Positions 50,201-62,400 of a stretch of 64,000 nt of DNA are shown here, in pieces. Numbering within the stretch: the stretch's first letter is position 1; every line of letters starts with the position of its first letter. The position numbers were made by a program, and so were the translations under genes. Origin of the DNA: the human T2T-CHM13v2.0 reference genome, Homo sapiens; NCBI RefSeq assembly GCF_009914755.1, contig NC_060925.1. One strand, written 5' to 3'. Under the pieces are notes generated by a model. The model was not told the DNA's origin, ran no database searches, and worked only from the letters and a program-made list of their open reading frames with translations.

Positions 50201-51763
50201 ATTCTGCTAGACAGAAGAATTCTCAGTAACTTCCTTGTGTTGTGTGTATTCAACTCACAGAGTTGAACGATCCTTTACACAGAGCAGACTTGAAACACTC
50301 TTTTTGTGGAATTTGCAAGTGGAGATTTCAGCCGCTTTGATGTCAATGGTAGAAAAGGAAATAACTTCGTATAAAGACTAGACAGAATGATTCTCAGAAA
50401 CTCTTTTGTGATGTGTGCGTTCAACTCACAGAGTTTGACCTTTCTGTTCATAGAGCCGTTAGGAAACACTCTGTTTGTAAAGTCTGCAAGTGGATATTCA
50501 CACCTCCTTGAGACCTTCGTTGGAAACGGGATTTCTTCATATTCTGCTAGACAGAAGAATTCTCAGTAACTTCCTTGTGTTGTGTGTATTCAACTCACAG
50601 AGTTGTACGATCCTTTACACAGAGCAGACTTGAAACACTCTTTTTGTGGAATTTGCAAGTGGAGATTTCAGCCGCTTTGAGGTCAATGGTAGAATAGGAA
50701 ATATCTTCCTATAGAAACGAGACAGAATGATTCTCAGAAACTCCTTTGTGATGTGTGCGTTCAACTCACAGAGTTTAACCTTTCTTTTCATAGAGCAGTT
50801 AGGAAACACTCTGTTTGTAAAGTCTGCAAGTGGATATTCAGACCTCTTTGAGGCCTTCGTTGGAAACGGGATTTCTTCATATTCTGTTAGACAGAAGAAT
50901 TCTCAGTAACTTCCTTGTGTTGTGTGTATTCAACTCACAGAGTTGAACGATCCTTTACACAGAGCAGACTTGAAACACTCTTTTTGTGGAATTTGCAAGT
51001 GGAGATTTCAGCCGCTTTGAGGTCAATAGTAGAAAAGGAAATATCTTCGTAGAAAAACTAGGCAGAATGATTCTCAGAAACTCCTTTGTGATGTGTGTGT
51101 TCAACTCACAGAGTTTAACCTTTCTTTTCATAGAGCAGTTAGTAAACACTCTGTTTATAAAGTCTGCAAGTGGATATTCAGACCCCTTTGAGGCCTTCGT
51201 TGGAAACGGGATTTCTTCATATTATGCTAGACAGAAGAATTCTCAGTAACTTCCTTGTGTTGTGTGTATTCAACTGACAGAGTTGAACTTTCATTTAGAG
51301 AGAGCAGATTTGAAACACTGTTTTTGTGGAATTTGCAAGTGGAGATTTCAAGCGCTTTGGGGCCAAAGGCAGAAAAGGAAGTATCTTCGTATAAAAACTA
51401 GACAGAATCATTCTCAGAAACTGCTGCGTGATGTGTGCGTTCAACTCTCAGAGTTTAACTTTTCTTTTCATTCAGCGGTTTGGAAACACTCTGTTTGTAA
51501 AGTCTGCACGTGGATATTTTGACCACTTAGAGGCCTTCGTTGGAAACGGGTTTTTTTTCATGTAAGGCTACACAGAAGAATTCCCAGTAACTTCCTTGTG
51601 TTGTGTGCATTCAACTCACAGAGTTGAACGTTCCCTTAGACAGAGCAGATTTGAAACACTCTATTTGTGCAATTTGCAAGTGTAGATTTCAAGCGCTTTA
51701 AGGTCAACGGCAGAAAAGGAAATATCTTCGTTTCAAAACTAGACAGAATCATTCCCACAAACT
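47254..51763 (+). repeat. First copy of a segment duplicated at +12,237 bp
   Basis: Shares every rare variant I checked with 59491-64000: GAATCTAG, the 1-bp deletion CGTAAAAAACT, TTCGTTTGAAA, AGACCCTTT, CAGACGTC, GTTTTGTGTTTTC, the 4-bp deletion, TTGATGTC, AAACGAGAC, CTGTTAG and GGCTACAC. Confidence 0.9.
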
Positions 51764-54700
51764 GCGTTGTGATGTGTTCGTTCAACTCACAGAGTTTAAC
51801 CTTTCTGTTCATAGAGCAGTTAGGAAACACTCTGTTTGTAAAGTCTGCAAGTGGATATTCAGACCTCCTTGAGGCCTTCGTTGGAAACGGGATTTCTTCA
51901 TATTCTGCTAGACAGAAGAATTCTCAGTAACTTCCTTGTGTTGTGTGTATTCAACTCACAGAGTTGTACGATCCTTTACACAGAGCAGACTTGAAACACT
52001 CTTTTTGTGGAATTTGCAAGTGGAGATTTCAGCCGCTTTGAGGTCAATGGTAGAAAAGGAAATATCTTCGTATAAAGACTAGACAGAATGATTCTCAGAA
52101 ACTCCTTTGTGATGTGTGCGTTCAACTCACAGAGTTTACCCTTTCTGTTCATAGAGCAGTTAGGAAACACTCTGTTTGTAAATTCTGCAAGTGGATATTC
52201 AGACCTACTTGAGGTCTTCGGTGGAAACGAGATTTCTTCATATTCTGCTAGACAGAAGAATTCTCAGTAACTTCCTTGTGTTGTGTGTATTCAACTCACA
52301 GAGTTGAACGATCCTTTACACAGAGCAGACTTGAAACACTCTTTTTGTGGAATTTGCAAGTGGAGATTTCATCCGCTTTGAGGTCAATGGTAGAAAAGGA
52401 GACTATCTTCATATAAAGACTAGACAGAATGATTCTCAGAAAATCTTTTGTGATGTGTGCGTTCAAGTCACAGAGTTTAACTTTTCTTCTCATAGAGCAG
52501 TTAGGAAACACTCTGTTTGTAAAGTCTGCAAGTGGATATTCAGACCTCTTTGAGGCCTTCGTTGGAAACGGGATTTCTTCATATTATGCTAGACAGAATA
52601 ATTCTCAGTAACTTCCTTGTGTTGTGTGTATTCAACTCACCGAGTTGAAGGATCCTTTACAGAGAGCAGGCTTGAAACACTCTTTTTGTCGAATTTGCAA
52701 GTGGAGATTACAGCCGCTTTGAGGTCAATGGTAGAAAAGGAAATATCTTCGTATAAAGACTAGACAGAATGATTCTCATAAACTCCTTTGTGAAGTGTGC
52801 GTTCAAATCACAGAGTTTAACTTTTCTTTTCATAGAGCAGTTAGGAAACACTCTGTTTGTAAAGTCTGCAAGTGGATATTCAGACCTCTTTGAGGCCTTC
52901 GTTGGAAACGGGATTTCTTCATATTATGCTAGACAGAATAATTCTCAGTAACTTCCTTGTGTTGTGTGTATTCAACTCACAGAGTTGAACGATCCTTTAC
53001 ACAGAGCAGACTTGAAACACTCTTTTTGTGGAATTTGCAAGTGGAGATTTCAGCCGCTTTGAGGTCAATGGTAGAAAAGGAAATATCTTCGTAGAAAAAC
53101 TAGACAGAGTCATTTTCAGAAACTCCTTTGTGATGTGTGTGTTCAACTCACAGAGTTTAACCTTTCTTTTCATAGAGCAGTTAGTAAACACTCTGTTTAT
53201 AAAGTCTGCAAGTGGATATTCAGACCCCTTTGAGGCCTTCGTTGGAAACGGGATTTCTTCATATTATGCTAGACAGAAGAATTCTCACTAACTTCCTTGT
53301 GTTGTGTGTATTCAACTGACAGAGTTGAACTTTCATTTAGAGAGAGCAGATTTGAAACACTGTTTTTGTGGAATTTGCAAGTGGAGATTTCAAGCGCTTT
53401 GGGGCCAAAGGCAGAAAAGGAAATATCTTCGTATAAAAACTAGACAGAATCATTCTCAGAAACTGCTGCGTGATGTGTGCGATCAACTCTCAGAGTTTAA
53501 CTTTTCTTTTCATTCAGCGGTTTGGAAACACTCTGTTTGTAAAGTCTGCACGTGGAAATTTTGACCACTTAGAGACCTTCGTTGGAAAGGGGATTTTTTC
53601 ATGTAAGGCTAGACAGAAGAATTCCCAGTAACTTCCTTGTGTTGTGTGCATTCAACTCACAGAGTTGAACGTTCCCTTAGACCGAGCAGATTTGAAACAC
53701 TCTATTTGTGCAATTTGCAAGTGTAGTTTTCAAGCTCTTTAAGGTCAACGGCAGAAAAGGAAATATCTTCGTTTCAAAACTAGACAGAATCATTCCCACA
53801 AACTGCGTTGTGATGTGTTCGTTCAACTCACAGAGTTTAACCTTTCTGTTCATAGAGCAGTTAGGAAACACTCTGTGTGTAAAGTCTGCAAGTGGATATT
53901 CAGACCTCTTTGAGGCCTTCGTTGGAAACGGGATTTCTTCATATTCTGCTAGACAGAAGAATTCTCAGTAACTTCCTTGTGTTGTGTGTATTCAACTCAC
54001 AGAGTTGAACGATCCTTTACACAGAGCAGACTTGAAACACTCTTTTTGTGGAATTTGCAAGTGGAGATTTCAGCCGCTTTGAGGTCAATGGTAGAATAGG
54101 AAATATCTTCCTATAGAAACTAGACAGAATGATTCTCAGAAACTCCTTTGTGATGTGTGCGTTCAACTCACAGAGTTTAACCTTTCTTTTCATAGAGCAG
54201 TTAGGAAACACTCTGTTTGTAAAGTCTGCAAGTGGATATTCAGACCTCTTTGAGGCCTTCGTTGGAAACGGGATTTCTTCATATTCTGCTAGACAGAAGA
54301 ATTCTCAGTAACTTCCTTGTGTTGTGTGTATGTAACTCACAGAGTTGAACGATCCTTTACACAGAGCAGACTTGAAACACTCTTTTTGTGGAATTTGCAA
54401 TTGGAGATTTCAGCCGCTTTGAGGTCAATGGTAGAAAAGGAAACTATCTTCATATAAAGACTAGACAGAATGATTCTCAGAAAATCTTTTGTGATGTGTG
54501 CGTTCAACTCACAGAGTTTAACTTTTCTTCTCATAGAGCAGTTAGGAAACACTCTGTTTGTAAAGTCTGCAAGTGGATATTCAGACCTCTTTGAGGCCTT
54601 CGTTGGAAACGGGATTTCTTCATATTATGCTAGACAGAATAATTCTCAGTAACTTCCTTGTGTTGTGTGTATTCAACTCACAGAGTTGAAGGATCCTTTA

Positions 54701-57700
54701 CAGAGAGCAGGCTTGAAACACTCTTTTTGTCGAATTTGCAAGTGGAGATTTCAGCCGCTTTGAGGTCAATGGTAGAATAGGAAATATCTTCCTATAGAAA
54801 CTAGACAGAACGATTCTCAGAAACTCCTTTGTGATGTGTGCGTTCAACTCACAGAGTTTAACCTTTCTTTTCATAGAGCAGTTAGGAAACACTCTGTTTG
54901 TAAAGTCTGCAAGTGGATATTCAGACCTCTTTGAGGCCTTCGTTGGAAACGGGATTTCTTCATATTCTGCTAGACAGAAGAGTTCTCAGTAACTTCCTTG
55001 TGTTGTGTGTATTCAACTCACAGAGTTGAACGATCCTTTACACAGAGCAGACTTGAAACACTCTTTTTGTGGAATTTGCAAGTGGAGATTTCAGCCGCTT
55101 TGAGGTCAATAGTAGAAAAGGAAATATCTTCGTAGAAAAACTAGACAGAATCATTCTCAGAAACTCCTTTGTGATGTGTGTGTTCAACTCACAGAGTTTA
55201 ACCTTTCTTTTCATAGAGCAGTTAGTAAACACTCTGTTTATAAAGTCTGCAAGTGGATATTCAGACCCCTTTGAGGCCTTCGTTGGAAACGGGATTTCTT
55301 CATATTATGCTAGACAGAAGAATTCTCAGTAACTTCCTTGTGTTGTGTGTATTCAACTGACAGAGTTGAACTTTCATTTAGAGAGAGCAGATTTGAAACA
55401 CTGTTTTTGTGGAAGTTGCAAGTGGAGATTTCAAGCGCTTTGGGGCCAAAGGCAGAAAAGGAAATATCTTCGTATAAAAACTAGACAGAATCATTCTCAG
55501 AAACTGCTGCGTGATGTGTGCGTTCAACTCTCAGAGTTTAACTTTTCTTTTCATTCAGCGGTTTGGAAACACTCTGTTTGTAAAGTCTGCACGTGGAAAT
55601 TTTGACCACTTAGAGGCCTTCGTTGGAAACGGGATTTTTTCATGTAAGGCTATACAGAAGAATTCCCAGTGACTTCCTTGTGTTGTGTGCATTCAACTCA
55701 CAGAGTTGAACGTTCCCTTAGACAGAGCAGATTTGAAACACTCTATTTGTGCAATTTGCAAGTGTAGTTTTCAAGCTCTTTAAGGTCAACGGCAGAAAAG
55801 GAAATATCTTCGTTTCAAAACTAGACAGAATCATTCCCACAAACTGCGTTGTGATGTGTTCGTTCAACTCACAGAGTTTAACCTTTCTGTTCATAGAGCA
55901 GTTAGGAAACACTCTGTTTGTAAAGTCTGTAAGTGGATATTCTGACATCTTGTGGCCTTCGTTGGAAACGGGATTTCTTCATATTCTGCTAGACAGAAGA
56001 ATTCTCAGTAACTTCCTTGTGTTGTGTGTATTCAACTCACAGAGTTGAACGATCCTTTACACAGAGCAGACTTGAAACACTCTTTTTGTGGAATTTGCAA
56101 GTGGAGATTTCAGCCGCTTTGAGGTCAATAGTAGAAAAGGAAACTATCTTCATATAAAGACTAGACAGAATGATTCTCACAAAATCTTTTGTGATGTGTG
56201 CGTTCAACTCACAGAGTTTAACTTTTCTTCTCATAGAGCAGTTAGGAAACACTCTGTTTGTAAAGTCTGCAAGTGGATATTCGGACCTCTTTGAGGCCTT
56301 CGTTGGAAACGGGATTTCTTCATATTCTGCTAGACAGAAGAATTCTCAGTAACTTCCTTGTGTTGTGTGTATTCAACTCACAGAGTTGAACGATCCTTTA
56401 CACAGAGCAGACTTGAAACACTCTTTTTGTGGAATTTGCAAGTGGAGATTTCAGCCGCTTTGAGGTCAATAGTAGAAAAGGAAATATCTTCGTAGAAAAA
56501 CTAGACAGAATCATTCTCAGAAACTCCTTTGTGATGTGTGTGTTCAACTCATAGAGTTTAACCTTTCTTTTCATAGAGCAGTTAGTAAACACTCTGTTTA
56601 TAAAGTCTGCAAGTGGATATTCAGACCCCTTTGAGGCCTTCGTTGGAAACGGGATTTCTTCATATTATGCTAGACAGAAGAATTCTCAGTAACTTCCTTG
56701 TGTTGTGTGTATTCAGCTGACAGAGTTGAACTTTCATTTAGAGAGAGCAGATTTGAAACACTGTTTTTGTGGAATTTGCAATTGGAGATTTCAAGCGCTT
56801 TGGGACCAAAGGCAGAAAAGGAAATATCTTCGTATAAAAACTAGACAGAATCATTCTCAGAAACTGCTGCGTGATGTGTGCGTTCAACTCTCAGAGTTTA
56901 ACTTTTCTTTTCATTCAGCGGTTTGGAAACACTCTGTTTGTAAAGTCTGCAAGTGGATATTTTGACCACTTAGAGGCCTTCGTTGGAAACGGGTTTTTTT
57001 CACGTAAGGCTAGACAGAAGAATTCCCAGTAACTTCCTTGTGTTGTGTGCATTCAACTCACAGAGTTGAACGTTCCCTTAGACAGAGCAGATTTGAAACA
57101 CTCTATTTGTTCAATTTGCAAGTGTAGATATCAAGCGCTTTAAGGTCAATGGCAGAAAAGGAAATGTCTTAGTTTCAAAACTAGACAGAATCATTCCCAC
57201 AAACTGCGTTGTGATGTGTTCGTTCAACTCACAGAGTTTAACCTTTCTGTTCATAGAGCAGTTAGGAAACACTCTGTTTGTAAAGTCTGCAAGTGGATAT
57301 TCAGACCTCCTTGAGGCCTTCGTTGGAAACGGGATTTCTTCATATTCTGCTAGACAGAATAATTCTCAGTAGCTTCATTGTGTTGTGTGTATTCAACTCA
57401 CAGAGTTGAACGATCCTTTACACAGAGCAGCCTTGAAACACTCTTTTTGTGGAATTTGCAAGTGGAGATTTCAGCCGCTTTGAGGTCAATGGTAGAATAG
57501 GAAATATCTTCCTATAGAAACTAGAAAGAATGATTCTCAGAAACTCCTTTGTGATGTGTGCGTTCAACTCACAGAGATTAACCTTTCTTTTCATAGAGCA
57601 GTTAGGAAACACTCTGTTTGTAAAGTCTGCAAGTGGATATTCAGACCTCTTTGAGGCCTTCTTTGGAAACGGGATTTCTTCATATTCTGCTAGACAGAAG

Positions 57701-59490
57701 AATTCTCAGTAACTTCCTTTTGTTGTGTGTATTCAACTCACGGAGTTGAACGATCCTTTACACAGAGCAGAGTTGAAACACTCTTTTTGTGGAATTTGCA
57801 AGTGGAGATTTCAGCCGCTTTGAGGTCAATAGTAGAAAAGGAAATATCTTCGTAGAAAAACTAGACAGAATCATTCTCAGAAACTCCTTTGTGATGTGTG
57901 TGTTCAACTCACAGAGTTTAACCTTTCTTTTCATAGAGCAGTTAGTAAACACTCTGTTTATAAAGTCTGCAAGTGGATATTCAGACCCCTTTGAGGCCTT
58001 CGTTGGAAACGGGATTTCTTCATATTATGCTAGACAGAAGAATTCTCACTAACTTCCTTGTGTTGTGTGTATTCAACTGACAGAGTTGAACTTTCATTTA
58101 GAGAGAGCAGATTTGAAACACTGTTTTTGTGGAATTTGCAAGTGGAGATTTCAAGCGCTTTGGGGCCAAAGGCAGAAAAGGAAATATCTTCGTATAAAAA
58201 CTAGACAGAATCATTCTCAGAAACTGCTGCGTGATGTGTGCGATCAACTCTCAGAGTTTAATTTTCTTTTCATTCAGCGGTTTGGAAACACTCTGTTTGT
58301 AAAGTCTGCACGTGGAAATTTTGACCACTTAGAGACCTTCGTTGGAAACGGGATTTTTTCATGTAAGGCTAGACAGAAGAATTCCCAGTAACTTCCTTGT
58401 GTTGTGTGCATTCAACTCACAGAGTTGAACGTTCCCTTAGACCGAGCAGATTTGAAACACTCTATTTGTGCAATTTGCAAGTGTAGTTTTCAAGCTCTTT
58501 AAGGTCAACGGCAGAAAAGGAAATATCTTCGTTTCAAAACTAGACAGAATCATTCCCACAAACTGCGTTGTGATGTGTTCGTTCAACTCACAGAGTTTAA
58601 CCTTTCTGTTCATAGAGCAGTTAGGAAACACTCTGTGTGTAAAGTCTGCAAGTGGATATTCAGACCTCTTTGAGGCCTTCGTTGGAAACGGGATTTCTTC
58701 ATATTCTGCTAGACAGAAGAATTCTCAGTAACTTCCTTGTGTTGTGTGTATTCAACTCACAGAGTTGAACGATCCTTTACACAGAGCAGACTTGAAACAC
58801 TCTTTTGTGGAATTTGCAAGTGGAGATTTCAGCCGCTTTGAGGTCAATGGTAGAATAGGAAATATCTTCCTATAGAAACTAGACAGAATGATTCTCAGAA
58901 ACTCCTTTGTGATGTGTGCGTTCAACTCACAGAGTTTAACCTTTCTTTTCATAGAGCAGTTAGGAAACACTCTGTTTGTAAAGTCTGCAAGTGGATATTC
59001 AGACCTCTTTGAGGCCTTCGTTGGAAACGGGATTTCTTCATATTCTGCTAGACAGAAGAATTCTCAGTAACTTCCTTGTGTTGTGTGTATGCAACTCACA
59101 GAGTTGAACGATCCTTTACACAGAGCAGACTTGAAACACTCTTTTTGTGGAATTTGCAATTGGAGATTTCAGCCGCTTTGAGGTCAATGGTAGAAAAGGA
59201 AACTATCTTCATATAAAGACTAGACAGAATGATTCTCAGAAAATCTTTTGTGATGTGTGCGTTCAACTCACAGAGTTTAACTTTTCTTCTCATAGAGCAG
59301 TTAGGAAACACTCTGTTTGTAAAGTCTGCAAGTGGATATTCAGACCTCTTTGAGGCCTTCGTTGGAAACGGGATTTTTTCATATTATGCTAGACAGAATA
59401 ATTCTCAGTAACTTCCTTGTGTTGTGTGTATTCAACTCACAGAGTTGAAGGATCCTTTACAGAGAGCAGGCTTGAAACACTCTTTTTGTC

Positions 59491-62400
59491 GAATTTGCAA
59501 GTGGAGATTTCAGCCGCTTTGAGGTCAATGGTAGAAAAGGAAATATCTTCGTATAAAGACTAGACAGAATGATTCTCAGAAACTCCTTTGTGATGTGTGC
59601 GTTCAACTCACAGAGTTTAACTTTTCTTTTCATAGAGCCGTTAGGAAACACTCTGTTTGTAAAGTCTGCAAGTGGATATTCAGACCTCTTTGAGGCCTTC
59701 GTTGGAAACGGGATTTCTTCATATTATGCTAGACAGAAGAATTCTCAGTAACTTCCTTGTGTTGTGTGTATTCAACTCACAGAATTGAACGATCCTTTAC
59801 ACAGAGCAGACTTGAAACATTCTTTTTGTGGTATTTGCAAGTGGAGATTTCAGCCGCTTTGAGGTCAATGGTAGAATAGGAAATATCTTCCTATAGAATC
59901 TAGACAGAACGATTCTCAGAAACTCCTTTGTGATGTGTGCGTTCAACTCACAGAGTTTAACCTTTCTTTTCATAGAGCAGTTAGGAAACACTCTGTTTGT
60001 AAAGTCTGCAAGTGGATATTCAGACCTCTTTGAGGCCTTCGTTGGAAACGGGATTTCTTCATATTCTGCTAGACAGAAGAATTCTCAGTAACTTCCTTGT
60101 GTTGTGTGTATTCAACTCACAGAGTTGTACGATCCTTTACACAGAGCAGACTTGAAACACTCTTTTTGTGGAATTTGCAAGTGGAGATTTCAGCCGCTTT
60201 GAGGTCAATAGTAGAAAAGGAAATATCTTCGTAAAAAACTAGACAGAATGATTCTCAGAAACTCCTTTGTGATGTGTGCGTTCAACTCACAGAGTTTAAC
60301 CTTTCTTTTCATAGAGCAGTTAGGAAACACTCTGTTTGTAAAGTCTGCAAGTGGATATTCAGACCTCTTTGAGGCCTTCGTTTGAAACGGGATTTCTTCA
60401 TATTCTGCTAGACAGAATAATTCTCAGTAACTTCCTTGTGTTGTGTGTATTCAACTCACAGAGTTGAAAGACCCTTTACAGAGAGCAGGCTTGAAACACT
60501 CCTTTTGTCGAATTTGCAAGTGGAGATTTCAGCCGCTTTGAGGTCAATGGTAGAATAGGAAATATCTTCTTATAGAAACTAGACAGAATGATTCTCATAA
60601 ACTCCTTTGTGATGTGTGCGTTCAACTCACAGAGTTTAACCTTTCTTTTCATAGAGCAGTTAGGAAACACTCTGTTTGTAAAGTCTGCAAGTGGATATTC
60701 AGACGTCTTTGAGGCCTTCGTTGGAAACGGGATTTCTTCATATTATGCTAGACAGAATAATTCTCAGTAACTTCCTTGTGTTTTGTGTTTTCAACTCACC
60801 GAGTTGAAGGATCCTTTACAGAGAGCAGGCTTGAAACACTCTTTTTGTCGAATTTGCAAGTGGAGATTACAGCCGCTTTGAGGTCAATGGTAGAAAAGGA
60901 AATATCTTCGTATAAAGACTAGACAGAATGATTCTCATAAACTCCTTTGTGATGTGTGAGTTCAAATCACAGAGTTTAACTTTTCTTTTCATAGAGCAGT
61001 TAGGAAACACTCTGTTTCTAAAGTCTGCAAGTGGATATTCAGATCTCTTTGAGGCCTTCGTTGGAAACGGGATTTCTTCATATTATGCTAGACAGAATAA
61101 TTCTCAGTAACTTCCTTGTGTTGTGTGTATTCAACTCACAGAGTTGAACGATCCTTTACACAGAGCAGACTTGAAACACTCTTTTTGTGGAATTTGCAAG
61201 TGGAGATTTCAGCCGCTTTGAGGTCAATGGTAGAATAGGAAATATCTTCCTATAGAAACTAGACAGAACGATTCTCAGAAACTCCTTTGTGATGTGTGCG
61301 TTGAACTCACAGAGTTTAACCTTTCTTTTCATAGAGCAGTTAGGAAACACTCTGTTTGTAAAGTCTGCAAGTGGATATTCAGACCTCTTTGAGGCCTTCG
61401 TTGGAAACGGGATTTCTTCATATTCTGCTAGACAGAAGAATTCTCAGTAACTTCCTTGTGTTGTGTGTATTCAACTCACAGAGTTGAACGATCCTTTACA
61501 CAGAGCAGACTTGAAACACTCTTTTTGTGGAATTTGCAAGTGGAGATTTCAGCCGCTTTGAGGTCAATAGTAGAAAAGGAAATATCTTCGTAGAAAAACT
61601 AGACAGAATGATTCTCAGAAACTCCTTTGTGATGTGTGTGTTCAACTCACAGAGTTTAACCTTTCTTTTCCTAGAGCAGTTAGTAAACACTCTGTTTATA
61701 AAGTCTGCAAGTGGATATTCAGACCCCTTTGAGGCCTTCGTTGGAAACGGGATTTCTTCATATTATGCTAGACAGAAGAATTCTCAGTAACTTCCTTGTG
61801 TTGTGTGTATTCAACTGACAGAGTTGAACTTTCATTTAGAGAGAGCAGATTTGAAACACTGTTTTTGTGGAATTTGCAAGTGGAGATTTCAAGCGCTTTG
61901 GGGCCAAAGGCAGAAAAGGAAATATCTTCGTATAAAAACTAGACAGAATCATTCTCAGAAACTGCTGCGTGATGTGTGCGTTCAACTCTCAGAGTTTAAC
62001 TTTTCTTTTCATTCAGCGGTTTGGAAAAACTCTGTTTGTAAAGACTGCACGTGGATATTTTGACCACTTAGAGGCCTTCGTTGGAAACGGGTTTTTTTTC
62101 ATGTAAGGCTAGACAGAAGAATTCCCAGTAACTTCCTTGTGTTGTGTGCATTCAACTCACAGACTTGAACGTTCCCTTAGACAGAGCAGATTTGAAACAC
62201 TCTATTTGTGCAATTTGCAAGTGTAGATTTCAAGCGCTTTAAGGTCAATGGCAGAAAAGGAAATATCTTCGTTTCAAAACTAGACAGAATCATTCCCACA
62301 AACTGCGTTGTGATGTGTTCGTTCAACTCACAGAGTTTTACCTTTCTGTTCATAGAACAGTTAGGAAACACTCTGTAAAGTCTGTAAGTGGATATTCTGA

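Noticed and set aside
58255-58810. Two private 1-bp deletions (about 58262 and 58805), plus one at about 29307, which create longer or altered ORFs
   Set aside because: They are absent from sister copies and lie in or next to homopolymers. They cannot be told apart from sequencing error, and the ORF changes carry no meaning.
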